A stretch of 64,000 nt of DNA from Bacteroidota bacterium (GCA_003250355.1 QKGS01000040.1:70762-134761), one strand, 5' to 3'. Positions 29,126 to 39,345 are shown, counted from the first letter of the stretch. Made by a program: numbers and translations. The notes: generated from the sequence alone by a model not told the origin.

Positions 29126-30406
29126 TTATTGCATTAAATCGGGAGAATTAGCAACGAGCTTATACATTTTATCGCCTCGGCGAATAAGTTCAGGTGTTTT
29201 AATGGAAAATATTTCGCCCTTTTTGGTGCTACCAACAGGTTTTAAATCAACTCGAATCTCATTAATAATTATTTCAACCACACCGGTTGTTTCGCCAAGA
29301 ATAATAACTTCTTCGTTCACAGATAATTCGCCGCTATCAAGAGTAAACTCGGCAACTCCGATATTTGAGAAATAATTTGTGCATTTTCCCAAATATTCTT
29401 TCCGTTTGGTAGCAACTGAGCCGTATACTCCACTCCATTCTCCAAGTTTACGCCCAAGATAATAACCATCCCAAAATCCGCGGTTGAAAACGGTTTTAAG
29501 CCTTTGTTCCCAATTGTGTATTTTTTCTTCTGAAAATGTATTGTCAAATATGGCGTCTAATGCCTCGTTGTATGTTTCAACTACTGTTTTAACATATTCG
29601 GCACTTCTGGCACGGCCTTCAATTTTCAGAACTTTAATTCCGGCTTTTATTACTCTGTCGAGAAATGGGAGTGTACACAGGTCTTTGGGCGACATTATGT
29701 ATTCATGGTCAATGTGTAGTTTATTTCCACTTTCGAGTTCGGTAACCTCGTATCCTTTACGGCAGGTTTGCATACATGCACCACGATTTGCCGAAGCATT
29801 GTTTTCGTGTAGACTGAGGTAACATTTTCCACTTACTGCCATACATAAAGCTCCATGGCTAAATACCTCAATACGAACCCTTTTGCCCAAAGGGCCGCAT
29901 ATATTCTCCGATTCTATTCGGCGGGCAATATCGGCTACCTGATTCAGGTTAAGTTCACGGGCTGTTACCATAACATCGCAAAAACGGGCAAAGAATTTAA
30001 CTGCTTCAAAGTTACTTATATTCAATTGTGTTGATGCATGAATTTCAACCCCTTTTTCATAAGCGTATTGTATTACAGCCATGTCGGAAGCAATAACTGC
30101 CGTAACTTTATTTTCGGTAGCGGCATCAATAACTTTATGCATTAGGTTTACTTCGTGGTCGTATATTATGGTATTTACCGTAAGGTATGTTTTAACATTG
30201 TTTTCATTACATATACGAACTATTTCGTTCAAATCGGCAAAGGTAAAATTGTTCGACGAACGGGCACGCATATTTAACTGTTCTATTCCAAAATAAACCG
30301 AGTTTGCGCCGGCTTTAATTGAAGCCATAAGCGATTCGTATGAACCAACCGGAGCCATTATTTCAATATCGTTCCGATTTATTTCGTAGTTATGGTGTGT
30401 TTTCAT
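29126..30406 (-). CDS. peptidase U32 family protein (PrtC/YrrO/TrhP-like)
   Basis: 426 aa. U32 signature EVFSHGALCMAVSGKCYLS, further Cys residues (GACMQTC), and a C-terminal beta-barrel-like extension. Confidence 0.88.
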   Translation of the reverse strand: MKTHHNYEINRNDIEIMAPVGSYESLMASIKAGANSVYFGIEQLNMRARSSNNFTFADLNEIVRICNENNVKTYLTVNTIIYDHEVNLMHKVIDAATENKVTAVIASDMAVIQYAYEKGVEIHASTQLNISNFEAVKFFARFCDVMVTARELNLNQVADIARRIESENICGPLGKRVRIEVFSHGALCMAVSGKCYLSLHENNASANRGACMQTCRKGYEVTELESGNKLHIDHEYIMSPKDLCTLPFLDRVIKAGIKVLKIEGRARSAEYVKTVVETYNEALDAIFDNTFSEEKIHNWEQRLKTVFNRGFWDGYYLGRKLGEWSGVYGSVATKRKEYLGKCTNYFSNIGVAEFTLDSGELSVNEEVIILGETTGVVEIIINEIRVDLKPVGSTKKGEIFSIKTPELIRRGDKMYKLVANSPDLMQ

Positions 30407-30451
30407 TTTATTCTTTTTTCCTGTTCAATAAATTTCAATTTACGTGCAAAT

Positions 30452-31039
30452 TTATTTCAATGTATCGCTAATCCAGTTTGCAGGGTTGTTAATAATATAT
30501 TCGGATATGTTCCGATACGATTGTTCATTGCGAATTATGTGTTCCCAATAATTGCGTTGCCATAATTTGCCCATCGTTTCATTATTCATTTTGAATATTT
30601 TCAAACATTCATTCGCCACCAACGATTTGTATGCCCCAACAATATCGGATACCGTAGGGGCAACCCTTGCGGTTGCCCTGTTAAAATCGGTTGTTGCGTT
30701 ATCCGTTTTATTTTGGGCAGGGGTGTTATTTATAATTTGTACAGGGGTAAACCCTGCCCCTACGGGCATTTCGTTCAATATAATAATGCCATGGATATGA
30801 TTTGGCATTATTTGAAACACATCCAATTCAACGTTGGGAAAACGTTCGGGCAATTTTGACCATCCATTATTCGCAATTTTGCCGTATTCATTTAATGTCA
30901 TTTCACTGTTATCAATGTGTCCAAACCTGCAAATCCTGTCCTGACAACAGATGGTTATAAAATACAGCCCTGCTTGCGAATAATTGTACCCTTTCAGGCG
31001 GATTCTGCGGCGGTTATGTTTGGCTGGATTGTAGGCCAT
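30452..31039 (-). CDS. IS200/IS605-family Y1 (HUH) transposase homolog, RAYT-like, solitary
   Basis: 195 aa. YFITICCQDR, HUH motif MPNHIHGII, and a catalytic-Tyr region LWQRNYWEHIIRNE. No tnpB and no room for IS ends: 8 nt to the upstream gene and 45 nt to the downstream gene. Confidence 0.8.
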   Translation of the reverse strand: MAYNPAKHNRRRIRLKGYNYSQAGLYFITICCQDRICRFGHIDNSEMTLNEYGKIANNGWSKLPERFPNVELDVFQIMPNHIHGIIILNEMPVGAGFTPVQIINNTPAQNKTDNATTDFNRATARVAPTVSDIVGAYKSLVANECLKIFKMNNETMGKLWQRNYWEHIIRNEQSYRNISEYIINNPANWISDTLK

Positions 31040-31047
31040 TTTCTTAC

Positions 31048-31917
31048 CTATTTGTCAGATACAGTTTTGTGTGGTTGTACTTTTATTAATTTGTCAAACA
31101 ATTCTGTTTTTGTTATATAATTCTTTTTATCAAAACCGTTACCTACTTTTTCAATTTCAATTAGTCCAAAAAAACTTAGAAACCTTTCAAAGGTTCTGAT
31201 TGAATAGCAATTACCCGCATATTTTTCAACAGTTTCATAAAATGGTGTAATTGATTCTAAGAATTGTGGAAAGGCTTTAAAGTATTTATCAGAATAAAAA
31301 TAGTTTATCCGTTGTTCTGTACCATATTTGGACAAAAGTATTAATGAAAAGCCAAAACCGAATTGTCCTAGTTGTTGATCTTCATAGCGGTCATAGAATG
31401 CCCAACTAAATTTTTGAGTCATTGTTTTAAAAATCAATTCAAGCAAATCTTGATTGTTGGAAGCAATTTTTTCTCCGGTTTTTGTTAGGCTCAACTTGCC
31501 ATTCCTTTTTTTGGTGAGGGCAGCTAATTCGGCTAAAAGTCTGGTCAGATTAACTGTTAAGGAGTCAGTCTCTTTATATAGTTTGGAAATTCCTGACGAA
31601 AATTGATGCTCATCAATAAATCCCTGACTATAAATCTCATGGACAATTTTAGTTGGTAAAAATCCTTTGGCAGTTAATTTAATTTCGCCTAAGTTTCTAA
31701 CTATGTCCAAGTAATATTTTACCATATTGAACATTGGGCATTTTAAAAAATCAGATTCTGCCAGTTTTTGTAATATTATGGGGCTGTTAGGTTCGAAAGT
31801 ATAATGCAGAATATGGTGCATTTCAAACGGTGAATATCCTTCAAAGTCAGGAATTGCCCTATTGTTCTGCTGCTTCATTACTTGGTCAATATGCTTTTGT
31901 AAGTCTCCTAAGTCCAT
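31048..31917 (-). CDS. hypothetical protein
   Basis: 289-aa ORF with no signal peptide or TM segment. There is a possible winged-helix-like segment (KKRNGKLSLTKTGEKI). No family recognised. Confidence 0.55.
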   Translation of the reverse strand: MDLGDLQKHIDQVMKQQNNRAIPDFEGYSPFEMHHILHYTFEPNSPIILQKLAESDFLKCPMFNMVKYYLDIVRNLGEIKLTAKGFLPTKIVHEIYSQGFIDEHQFSSGISKLYKETDSLTVNLTRLLAELAALTKKRNGKLSLTKTGEKIASNNQDLLELIFKTMTQKFSWAFYDRYEDQQLGQFGFGFSLILLSKYGTEQRINYFYSDKYFKAFPQFLESITPFYETVEKYAGNCYSIRTFERFLSFFGLIEIEKVGNGFDKKNYITKTELFDKLIKVQPHKTVSDK

Positions 31918-31984
31918 TATAGATATTGTTTAGAATGAGGCGACATATAGCAAGTATATATGCACCGTCAATCTGAGGTTATTG

Positions 31985-32980
31985 TTAATAATCAGTACTG
32001 TTTACAATATTTGAAATATGTGAAATAACATTGGCGTTTGATATATTGTTCATACACTTAAAATGCTTTTTGGGGCATTTATCAAACCCTATTTTTGAAC
32101 ATGGCCTACATCGCAATCCATTAGTTTCAAATATCATCGATTTTTCATTTGGATAATACGGAGTCATTCCAAGTTCGGGAACAGTGTTGCCCCATAGCGA
32201 AAGTATAGGTTTTTTAAATGCGGCAGCTATGTGCATCATGCCGGTATCGGGTGTTAGTACTAAAGCACTTTGTTTAATAAACGATGCCGAATTATGGAGT
32301 GATATTTTCCCTACGGTATTTAAAAATGGCACTTTAAGTGTTGCCTCCAGTTTTACAGCATCGTTGGCTACATCGCTTCCGCCAATTAAGCATACAGGAA
32401 CCCCACTGCCGTTAATTATAGCAGTAAGTTTGTCTAATGGTATTTGTTTGGTTTTATGGTTTGCACCCAATACTACTGCCATATATTTCCCTTCAAAAGC
32501 AGCATGTTTATCTTTGGCAATTATCTCTTCACTTGAAGGGATAAAGTAATCGAGCCCTTTATGGTCATCAGTTACATCGAACAGATGCACTGTATCAAAA
32601 TATCGGTCAACAATATGAACATTGGGCATAAGGTTAATTTTGAAATTAACCAGCAACCATTTTTTAATATTTAATTTGTTGAAGCTGAAAGCATGAACCG
32701 GAACACTACGTTTTACTCGGGCTGTACGTAAATTGTGGTGAAGGTCAATAATGTAATCGTAGTTTTCGGCTATCAGCTCTTTAATAGTATCACCAAACTT
32801 CTCTTTAAGGGTAAATATTTTATCGATATGTGGGTTAGGAGTGAGTATTTGCTCAAAAGCGGGTTGAGTAAGAAAATGAACCTCAGCCCCTTCGACTTGT
32901 TCTTTTAAACTGCGAATTACAGGTGTAGTTAATATAATATCGCCAATGGAGCTGAATCGGACTATTAGAAATTTTACCAT
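31985..32980 (-). CDS. glycosyltransferase family 9 protein (heptosyltransferase-like)
   Basis: 331 aa. MVKFLIVRFSSIGDIILTTPVIRSLK N-terminus and C-terminal TPDTGMMHIAAAF are typical of GT9. Confidence 0.85.
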   Translation of the reverse strand: MVKFLIVRFSSIGDIILTTPVIRSLKEQVEGAEVHFLTQPAFEQILTPNPHIDKIFTLKEKFGDTIKELIAENYDYIIDLHHNLRTARVKRSVPVHAFSFNKLNIKKWLLVNFKINLMPNVHIVDRYFDTVHLFDVTDDHKGLDYFIPSSEEIIAKDKHAAFEGKYMAVVLGANHKTKQIPLDKLTAIINGSGVPVCLIGGSDVANDAVKLEATLKVPFLNTVGKISLHNSASFIKQSALVLTPDTGMMHIAAAFKKPILSLWGNTVPELGMTPYYPNEKSMIFETNGLRCRPCSKIGFDKCPKKHFKCMNNISNANVISHISNIVNSTDY

Positions 32981-33060
32981 TATATGCCTATTAATAATTT
33001 GAAGGCAAAACTATGAAAAAACACGGATATAAATATATTATGACTTATCAAATACCTTTT

Positions 33061-33093
33061 AAAACAAAAAAGGCCTGAAGAAGACCTCAGACC
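33061..33093 (-). terminator. intrinsic terminator downstream of tRNA-His
   Basis: On the minus strand: GGTCTGA / TCAGGCC stem (7 bp, one G-U), 8-nt loop, followed by TTTTTTGTTTT. Confidence 0.7.
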
Positions 33094-33100
33094 TTTTTGA

Positions 33101-33176
33101 GGGTGATAGACCGGGTTCGAACCGGCGACCTCTGGAACCACAATCCAGCGCTCTAACCAACTGAGCTACAATCACC
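33101..33176 (-). tRNA. tRNA-His (anticodon GTG)
   Basis: The reverse complement reads GGTGATTGTAGCTCAGTTGGTTAGAGCGCTGGATTGTGGTTCCAGAGGTCGCCGGTTCGAACCCGGTCTATCACCC. It folds as a cloverleaf with an encoded G-1 opposite C73, anticodon loop TTGTGGT, and T-loop TTCGAAC. CCA is not encoded. Confidence 0.93.
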
Positions 33177-33190
33177 ATTTTTTAGCGGTG

Positions 33191-33198
33191 CAAATATA
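33191..33198 (-). promoter_or_regulatory. -7 promoter box TATATTTG upstream of tRNA-His
   Basis: Exact TAnnTTTG match on the minus strand, 14 nt upstream of the tRNA 5' end. Confidence 0.5.
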
Positions 33199-33335
33199 TG
33201 GAATTTTTAATAATTACAAAAGCAAAACAATAAAATAATTTCATAAACAAAATAGGAGGTTTTTTAAACTCTCTCTTTATTAATAACCTCTATATGTTAT
33301 CGGATACTTTCATTTGAAAAGTTTTACAAAACAAT

Positions 33336-33343
33336 TACTTTTG
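33336..33343 (+). promoter_or_regulatory. -7 box TACTTTTG with a -33 TTTG (33313-33316) upstream of hpt
   Basis: TTTG-N19-TAnnTTTG architecture 18 nt upstream of the ATG at 33362. Confidence 0.55.
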
Positions 33344-33361
33344 TCCGCTCAATTTTTTTAA

Positions 33362-33898
33362 ATGAATAAGGTAGAGGTACTTGATAAAGTTTTTGAATTA
33401 ACTATTCCTGAAGAGGATATTTTGATGGCAGTAAAAAGTGTTGCCAATAGGATTAATTCTGATCTTAAAGGCGAAGAAGTTGTATTTGTAGGAATACTGA
33501 ATGGTAGTTTTATGTTTGCTTCCGACCTTTATAAAAATATTACCCTGCATAGCCAAATATCTTTTCTTAAGCTTGCTTCATATGCAGGTATATCTACATC
33601 GGGGGTTGTAAAAGAACTTATTGGGATTAATGAGGATATAAAAAACAAGACAGTAGTAATAGTTGAAGATATAATTGATACCGGCAACACCCTTAAAACT
33701 ATTATTGAGCAACTCGAACAGTATAAGCCAAAGCAAATAAAAACTGCTACATTTCTATTAAAGCCGGAAGCTTATGTCGGTAATATTAAAATTGATTACA
33801 CCGGAATAGAAATACCCAATGATTTTATAGTAGGTTATGGGTTAGACTACAACGGATATGGACGAAATTTACGCAATATTTACACTTTAGTTAAATAA
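33362..33898 (+). CDS. hpt: hypoxanthine phosphoribosyltransferase
   Basis: 178 aa. PRPP-binding motif VVIVEDIIDTGNTL and C-terminal FIVGYGLDY. Confidence 0.92.
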   Translation: MNKVEVLDKVFELTIPEEDILMAVKSVANRINSDLKGEEVVFVGILNGSFMFASDLYKNITLHSQISFLKLASYAGISTSGVVKELIGINEDIKNKTVVIVEDIIDTGNTLKTIIEQLEQYKPKQIKTATFLLKPEAYVGNIKIDYTGIEIPNDFIVGYGLDYNGYGRNLRNIYTLVK

Positions 33899-33905
33899 AT
33901 TCAAT

Positions 33906-34475
33906 ATGTATAGTTTAGTAATATTTGGACCTCCGGGGTCAGGGAAAGGAACACAGTCTGAAAAGTTGATTGAAAAATACGGTCTTACTCACCTTTCAAC
34001 AGGCGATGTGTTACGTGCAGAAATTAAGTCGGGTTCTGAGTTGGGAAATCAAATAAAGTCTTTAATTGAGAAAGGCGAGCTTGTTTCCGATGAAATGGTT
34101 CAGGAAATGGTTAAAGCATTTGTGATGAAAAATAAAGATGCGAAAGGTTTTATTTTCGATGGTTTTCCACGCACAGTTGCGCAGGCTCAATGGTTAGATA
34201 ATATGCTTTCTGAAATTAGCACATCGGTTAATATCATGATTTCATTAGATGTTCCCGACGATGAATTACGCATTCGTTTATTGAGCAGGGGTAAGGTGTC
34301 GGGTCGTCAGGACGATCAGGATGAGGCTATTATTAATAATCGTATTGATGTTTACAAAAACACAACATTGCCTGTAATGGAGTATTATCAGAAAGCCGGA
34401 AAAGCAAAAGGGATACACGGTTTGGGAACTATCGACGAAATATTTGGACGAATAACAGAAGCGGTAGCTTTGTAA
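33906..34475 (+). CDS. adk: adenylate kinase (short-lid type)
   Basis: 189 aa. P-loop GPPGSGKGTQ, LSTGDVLRAEI, and no zinc-finger lid. Confidence 0.93.
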   Translation: MYSLVIFGPPGSGKGTQSEKLIEKYGLTHLSTGDVLRAEIKSGSELGNQIKSLIEKGELVSDEMVQEMVKAFVMKNKDAKGFIFDGFPRTVAQAQWLDNMLSEISTSVNIMISLDVPDDELRIRLLSRGKVSGRQDDQDEAIINNRIDVYKNTTLPVMEYYQKAGKAKGIHGLGTIDEIFGRITEAVAL

Positions 34476-34580
34476 GCTTAAGTGTATTACATAATTTAAA
34501 AGGGGCTCTCTCAAAAGTCTGTATTCATTAAAGAGAATTCAATATTTGAAAACAGTCTCGAATAGGTATACGAATAAAAA

Positions 34581-34616
34581 GGGGCTGTTTCAACTTTTTG
34601 AGACAGCCCTTTTTTT
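34581..34616. terminator. bidirectional intrinsic terminator
   Basis: GGGGCTGT...ACAGCCCT stem flanked by AAAAA (5') and TTTTTT (3'). It lies between the convergent genes adk and leuS. Confidence 0.75.
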
Positions 34617-34644
34617 ATGAGCGGAATAGGAATGCATACTGCTG

Positions 34645-37428
34645 CTAAACAACAATATTTACAATCTTACCCGGCACTATAATAATCTTTTTAGGCTCAT
34701 TTCCATCGAGCCATTTTTGAGTAGTTTCATGTGCAAATACAGCTTCTTGTATCTCTTCTTTTGTTGCATTTGCCGAAAGGTCGAGCGTAAAACGCATTTT
34801 GCCATTAAACTGAATTGGATACTTTTTTGTATTCTCAATCAAATAAGCTTCGTTATATTCAGGGAATACAGCATCGGTAACCGATGTTGTTTGCCCAAGT
34901 GCACACCATAGCTCTTCTGATATGTGTGGAGCAAAAGGAGAAAGTATAATTGTCAGATTTTCAAGAACTTCTTTTTTGTTGCATTTCAAATCGGTAAGTT
35001 CATTTACACAAATCATAAATGCACTCACTGAGGTATTAAATGAGAATTTCTCGATATCTTCTTTAATCTTTTTTATTGTTTTGTGAATAACCTTTTGTTC
35101 TGCATCGGTTGGTTTTTCGGTTGAAATCATAAGCTCGCCGTTGTTGTCGAAATAAAGCCTCCAAAGCTTTTTTAGGAATCGGTGAACTCCTTCTATACCC
35201 GATGTGTCCCATGGTTTTGAATCCTCAAGCGGCCCCAAAAACATTTCGTAAAACCTAAGTGTATCGGCACCATACTGCTCTATTATAACATCAGGATTCA
35301 CAACATTGTACATACTTTTACTCATTTTTTCTACTGCATGACCACATTTGTATTTGCCATCTTCAAGAATAAATTCAGCATTAACATACTCAGGCAGCCA
35401 TGATTTAAAGGCATTAAGATCGAGAATGTCGTTGTGTACAATATTTACATCAACGTGTATTTCAGTTGTTTCATACTCGTTGCGTAAGCCGTACGACACA
35501 AAAGTATTGGTGTTTTTTATTCGGTATACAAAATTTGAACGGCCTTGTATCATCCCTTGGTTGATAAGCTTTTTGAACGGCTCATCTTTACATACATAAC
35601 CAAGGTCGAACAGGAATTTATTCCAAAATCGGCTGTAAATAAGGTGTCCGGTAGCGTGTTCTGTTCCACCTATATAAAGGTCTACATCTTGCCAGTAATT
35701 GTTTGCCTCCTTTGAAACCAAAGCATCATTATTGTTAGGGTCCATATAGCGAAGATAATATGCCGACGAACCTGCAAAGCCGGGCATGGTACTCAATTCA
35801 AACGGATAACCATCTGCGGTTTCCCAGTTTTTTGCTCTTCCAAGCGGTGGTTGACCATCTTCAGTAGGTAAATATTTATCGACTTCGGGAAGCTCTAGCG
35901 GTAGTTTTGAATCGTCAAGAATCTCGGGTAATCCATTTTTAAAATATACAGGGAAAGGCTCGCCCCAATATCGCTGACGGCTAAATATAGCATCACGTAA
36001 GCGGTAGTTTATTTTGCCATAACCAAACCCTTTTTCTTCAATATATTTAATAATTGTAGTAATGGCTTCTTTAACGTCCAAATTATTTATAATGCCGGAA
36101 TTAATCATTTTACCCTCTTTTGAGTCAAATGACTCTTCCCATGTTGAAGGGTCTGTAATTTCTTCGCCGGCTCTTGTAACAACTTGTATTATAGGGAGTT
36201 TAAATTCTCGGGCAAACTTAAAGTCACGGCTGTCGTGTGCCGGCACAGCCATAATGGCACCTGTACCGTAACCCATTAGTACGTAATCGGCGATGTAAAT
36301 AGGTAATTCATTGCCGTTAAGGGGGTTTATGCCATATGCACCGGTAAACCGGCCTGTAACTTTATTAACATCGGCCATACGTTCGCGTTCAGTTCTCCCC
36401 TTAACCCAGGTTATATATTCTTCAATTTTTATTTTATTATCGGCAGTAGTTATTTTTTCAACCAATTCGTGTTCAGGAGCAATTACCATAAAGGTAGCAC
36501 CATAAAGAGTGTCGGGGCGGGTTGTAAATACTTCAATAATATCGCTGTGCCCTTTAATTGAGAAATTAACAGAAGCACCTTCGCTGCGACCAATCCAATT
36601 GCGTTGAACTTCTTTTAGTGAATCGGTCCAGTCAATAGTATCGAGACCGTCGAGTAAGCGTTGAGCATAGGCTGATACCCGCAAACTCCATTGTTTCATT
36701 TTCTTTTGGGTTACCGGATATCCACCGCGAACCGATACACCGTCTTTAACCTCGTCGTTGGCCAATACGGTTCCAAGCTCAGAACACCAGTTTACATTTG
36801 TCTCTGAAAGGAAAGCTATTCGGTAATTAAGCAATATTTCCTGTTTCTCCTTTTCGGAAAATGAATCCCATTCCAAAGCAGTAAATATTGACTCGTGAGA
36901 AGTAGCAGCATCAATATTTGAGTTACCCGATTTTTCAAATATGGCAATTAAGCTTTCAATTGATTCAGCTTTCTGTGTTTTGTTGTTGAAATAGTGTTTG
37001 AACATTTGGGTAAAAGCCCATTGTGTCCATTTGTAATAATTGGGTTCACAGGTACGAACCTCTCTGTCCCAATCGTATGAAAAGCCAATCTTATCTAATT
37101 GCTCGCGATATCGTGTTATATTTTTTTCAGTGGTAATAGCAGGGTGTTGACCTGTTTGTATTGCATACTGCTCAGCCGGCAAACCATAAGCATCGTATCC
37201 CATAGGGTGCAAAACATTGAATCCGCTTAATCGCTTATAGCGGCTGTAAATATCCGATGCTATATAACCTAGTGGGTGTCCTACGTGCAGCCCGGCTCCC
37301 GATGGGTAGGGGAACATATCTAATACATAGAATTTTGGTTTTGAATTATCTACATCAACCTTGTAGGTCTTGTTCTCACGCCAATACGCTTGCCATTTAG
37401 GCTCTATTTCACTGAATTTATATTCCAT
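34645..37428 (-). CDS. leuS: leucine--tRNA ligase
   Basis: 927 aa. HIGH motif (HVGHPLGY), KMSKS (VEKMSKS), and a CP1 editing domain. Confidence 0.95.
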   Translation of the reverse strand: MEYKFSEIEPKWQAYWRENKTYKVDVDNSKPKFYVLDMFPYPSGAGLHVGHPLGYIASDIYSRYKRLSGFNVLHPMGYDAYGLPAEQYAIQTGQHPAITTEKNITRYREQLDKIGFSYDWDREVRTCEPNYYKWTQWAFTQMFKHYFNNKTQKAESIESLIAIFEKSGNSNIDAATSHESIFTALEWDSFSEKEKQEILLNYRIAFLSETNVNWCSELGTVLANDEVKDGVSVRGGYPVTQKKMKQWSLRVSAYAQRLLDGLDTIDWTDSLKEVQRNWIGRSEGASVNFSIKGHSDIIEVFTTRPDTLYGATFMVIAPEHELVEKITTADNKIKIEEYITWVKGRTERERMADVNKVTGRFTGAYGINPLNGNELPIYIADYVLMGYGTGAIMAVPAHDSRDFKFAREFKLPIIQVVTRAGEEITDPSTWEESFDSKEGKMINSGIINNLDVKEAITTIIKYIEEKGFGYGKINYRLRDAIFSRQRYWGEPFPVYFKNGLPEILDDSKLPLELPEVDKYLPTEDGQPPLGRAKNWETADGYPFELSTMPGFAGSSAYYLRYMDPNNNDALVSKEANNYWQDVDLYIGGTEHATGHLIYSRFWNKFLFDLGYVCKDEPFKKLINQGMIQGRSNFVYRIKNTNTFVSYGLRNEYETTEIHVDVNIVHNDILDLNAFKSWLPEYVNAEFILEDGKYKCGHAVEKMSKSMYNVVNPDVIIEQYGADTLRFYEMFLGPLEDSKPWDTSGIEGVHRFLKKLWRLYFDNNGELMISTEKPTDAEQKVIHKTIKKIKEDIEKFSFNTSVSAFMICVNELTDLKCNKKEVLENLTIILSPFAPHISEELWCALGQTTSVTDAVFPEYNEAYLIENTKKYPIQFNGKMRFTLDLSANATKEEIQEAVFAHETTQKWLDGNEPKKIIIVPGKIVNIVV

Positions 37429-37483
37429 TTTAAAAATATTGAGATACGAAGAAACATCTCTCCTTAAGTATGTTATTGAGCCG

Positions 37484-37491
37484 CAAAAGTA
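37484..37491 (-). promoter_or_regulatory. -7 promoter box TACTTTTG upstream of leuS
   Basis: Exact TAnnTTTG match on the minus strand, about 56 nt upstream of the leuS ATG. No good -33 TTTG was seen. Confidence 0.35.
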
Positions 37492-37744
37492 GTAAAAAAG
37501 GAGATATTTTCTTCTTTTATTAATTGCGTGCTTACACTATACATCTATATAGGTCATTAACAGTAGCTTAGTTTTCGCAATATCGTTACATATATAAAAA
37601 AGTAATAATACTGTCGCATAAGTCCTGTTTTGTTATTCTTTAATGCAATAAAAATAGTTATTAACAGGCTAAAGCATTCCGAAATACAATGTAAATAATT
37701 GAAAATCAAATAAAGGTATTTGCAACTTTTTAAAAATAATTACG

Positions 37745-37752
37745 TACATTTG
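37745..37752 (+). promoter_or_regulatory. -7 promoter box TACATTTG upstream of the 37790 ORF
   Basis: Exact TAnnTTTG match 37 nt upstream of the ATG, with a TTTG at 37719-37722. Confidence 0.45.
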
Positions 37753-37789
37753 AATCGAAAGGATAATTGTTAATAAAAAACACTTTGAA

Positions 37790-38410
37790 ATGAAAATAAA
37801 AACATTAATGAGTTTGGTGCCGATAGCATTTATTTTTGTAAATACCTATGCAGGTGCACCAACCGATTTGAGCAAAGCATACATATTAAAAAAAGATGGA
37901 ACAGTTATAGAAGGGACAGTACAGGAAATGGCTTGTACAGGGTTTGAACTTGAATGGGTAGTTGTTAATACTCCTTCTAAGAGCGTTGAAAAATTTAAGG
38001 CAAAAGATATCATGGAGTTGTCATTCGATGTTAGCAGTAGTGTGTATGAAACATTTGTTATGAGTATAATTGGTTATAATTCATACTCTGCCGATATTAT
38101 AGACAATACAACAAAGGCAGCAATAGTAACTTTTGTTAGCAACCCTAATGATTCCAAAGCAAAGCCATCGGTGTTGGAAAGCTTTAATAAGGTTTTTGGG
38201 AACTATATTAAAGTTGAGAGTATGGAAAAGAATTTTTTGGTAAACAAAGGAGGACAAGAGATTGAGGTTACAGAGAGTAACTATTTAGAGGTAGCTGAAA
38301 ATCTGTACGGCGATTGTCCGGAGTTTAATGAAGTTTTTGTTAACGGCAGTTATTCATATAAAGATATTCAGCGACACATTATGGCTTACAATTTACTGAA
38401 AAGGTTGTAA
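37790..38410 (+). CDS. hypothetical secreted protein
   Basis: 206-aa ORF with a signal peptide (LMSLVPIAFIFVNTYAGA), followed by a terminator. Confidence 0.6.
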   Translation: MKIKTLMSLVPIAFIFVNTYAGAPTDLSKAYILKKDGTVIEGTVQEMACTGFELEWVVVNTPSKSVEKFKAKDIMELSFDVSSSVYETFVMSIIGYNSYSADIIDNTTKAAIVTFVSNPNDSKAKPSVLESFNKVFGNYIKVESMEKNFLVNKGGQEIEVTESNYLEVAENLYGDCPEFNEVFVNGSYSYKDIQRHIMAYNLLKRL

Positions 38411-38435
38411 GAAAAAGGGCAAAGTGATGTTAGAC

Positions 38436-38461
38436 AAAGCAGCCATATGGCTGCTTTTTTT
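38436..38461 (+). terminator. intrinsic terminator
   Basis: Perfect palindrome AAAGCAGCC-ATAT-GGCTGCTTT followed by a T-run. Confidence 0.8.
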
Positions 38462-38553
38462 GTTTTCAAATTATATGATAGCTGCATATAATTTCAAATA
38501 CGTTCCCGATAGTTGTTTTATATTTCATACTTTCGTGCTCAAATAGTTAAAAA

Positions 38554-39345
38554 ATGCAATTTAAAGGAAATACATTCTGGATAACCGGAGCAGCTTCAGG
38601 AATGGGAAAAACAACTGCAATAGAAATAGCCGGGAACAAAGCTCGTATTATAATATCAGACCGTGATGAAATTGGTTTGAAAGAAACAGCAAGGCAGATT
38701 GAAGAGTTAGGGAGCACTGTAAGGGTTGAGCCTATTGATATGTCAAACCCAAGTCAGATACAACAAATAGCAAAAAGAGTATTAGCTGAAGAGAAAGTAA
38801 AAGGGTTGTATCAGTTTGCAGGTATTAGTCAGCGTTCTTTAGTTATTGATACTCCAATGGAAAACTATCGAAAAATAATGGAGATAAATTATTTTGGTGT
38901 AGTTGCACTTACTCAGGCGGTATTACCGCATATGATTGAAAATGGAGGAGGGCAATTTGCTGCCGCATCGAGTATGGTGGGTAAGTTCGGGTTTCCGCTG
39001 CGTAGTGCTTATTCGTCGTCGAAGCATGCTTTACACGGTTATTACGAGTCGTTATATGCCGAAAATGCAAAGTATGGGATTAAAGTTTCAATGCTTATAG
39101 GTGGTCGAATACAAACAAATATATCAAAGTTTGCTTTAAATAAAGATGGACAGGAGCATGGCAAAATGGATGCCGGTCAGGCAAACGGTATTACGGCAGA
39201 AAAGGCTGCTAAGCAAATTTGCAAAGGTTTAAAACGAGAAAAGAGAGAAATAAAAATTGGCGGCTTTGAACTTATAATGTTACAAATTAGAAGATTTTGC
39301 CCTTCATTATACTTTAAACTTGCACAAAAAATCAAACCCACATAG
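38554..39345 (+). CDS. SDR family oxidoreductase
   Basis: 263 aa. Cofactor motif TGAASGMGK and catalytic YSSSKHAL (YxxxK). Confidence 0.88.
   Translation: MQFKGNTFWITGAASGMGKTTAIEIAGNKARIIISDRDEIGLKETARQIEELGSTVRVEPIDMSNPSQIQQIAKRVLAEEKVKGLYQFAGISQRSLVIDTPMENYRKIMEINYFGVVALTQAVLPHMIENGGGQFAAASSMVGKFGFPLRSAYSSSKHALHGYYESLYAENAKYGIKVSMLIGGRIQTNISKFALNKDGQEHGKMDAGQANGITAEKAAKQICKGLKREKREIKIGGFELIMLQIRRFCPSLYFKLAQKIKPT

Noticed and set aside
28887-29375. 162-aa plus-strand ORF overlapping the ferredoxin and U32 genes. The same applies to other antisense track ORFs, such as 21599-21994, 32184-32549, 4731-5015 and 13733-14029.
   Set aside because: These lie entirely within, and antisense to, genes with clear family signatures. 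Their composition is low-complexity and no family resemblance is visible. They are treated as frame-shadow artefacts.
37421-37457. 12-codon uORF ([12 protein letters not shown]) overlapping the leuS start, plus an imperfect ~15-nt inverted repeat (37448-37463 / 37500-37514) around the putative leuS promoter
   Set aside because: Only two Leu codons are present and there is no terminator or anti-terminator logic. The inverted repeat is AT-rich with a mismatch and a bulge. This is too weak to call regulation.
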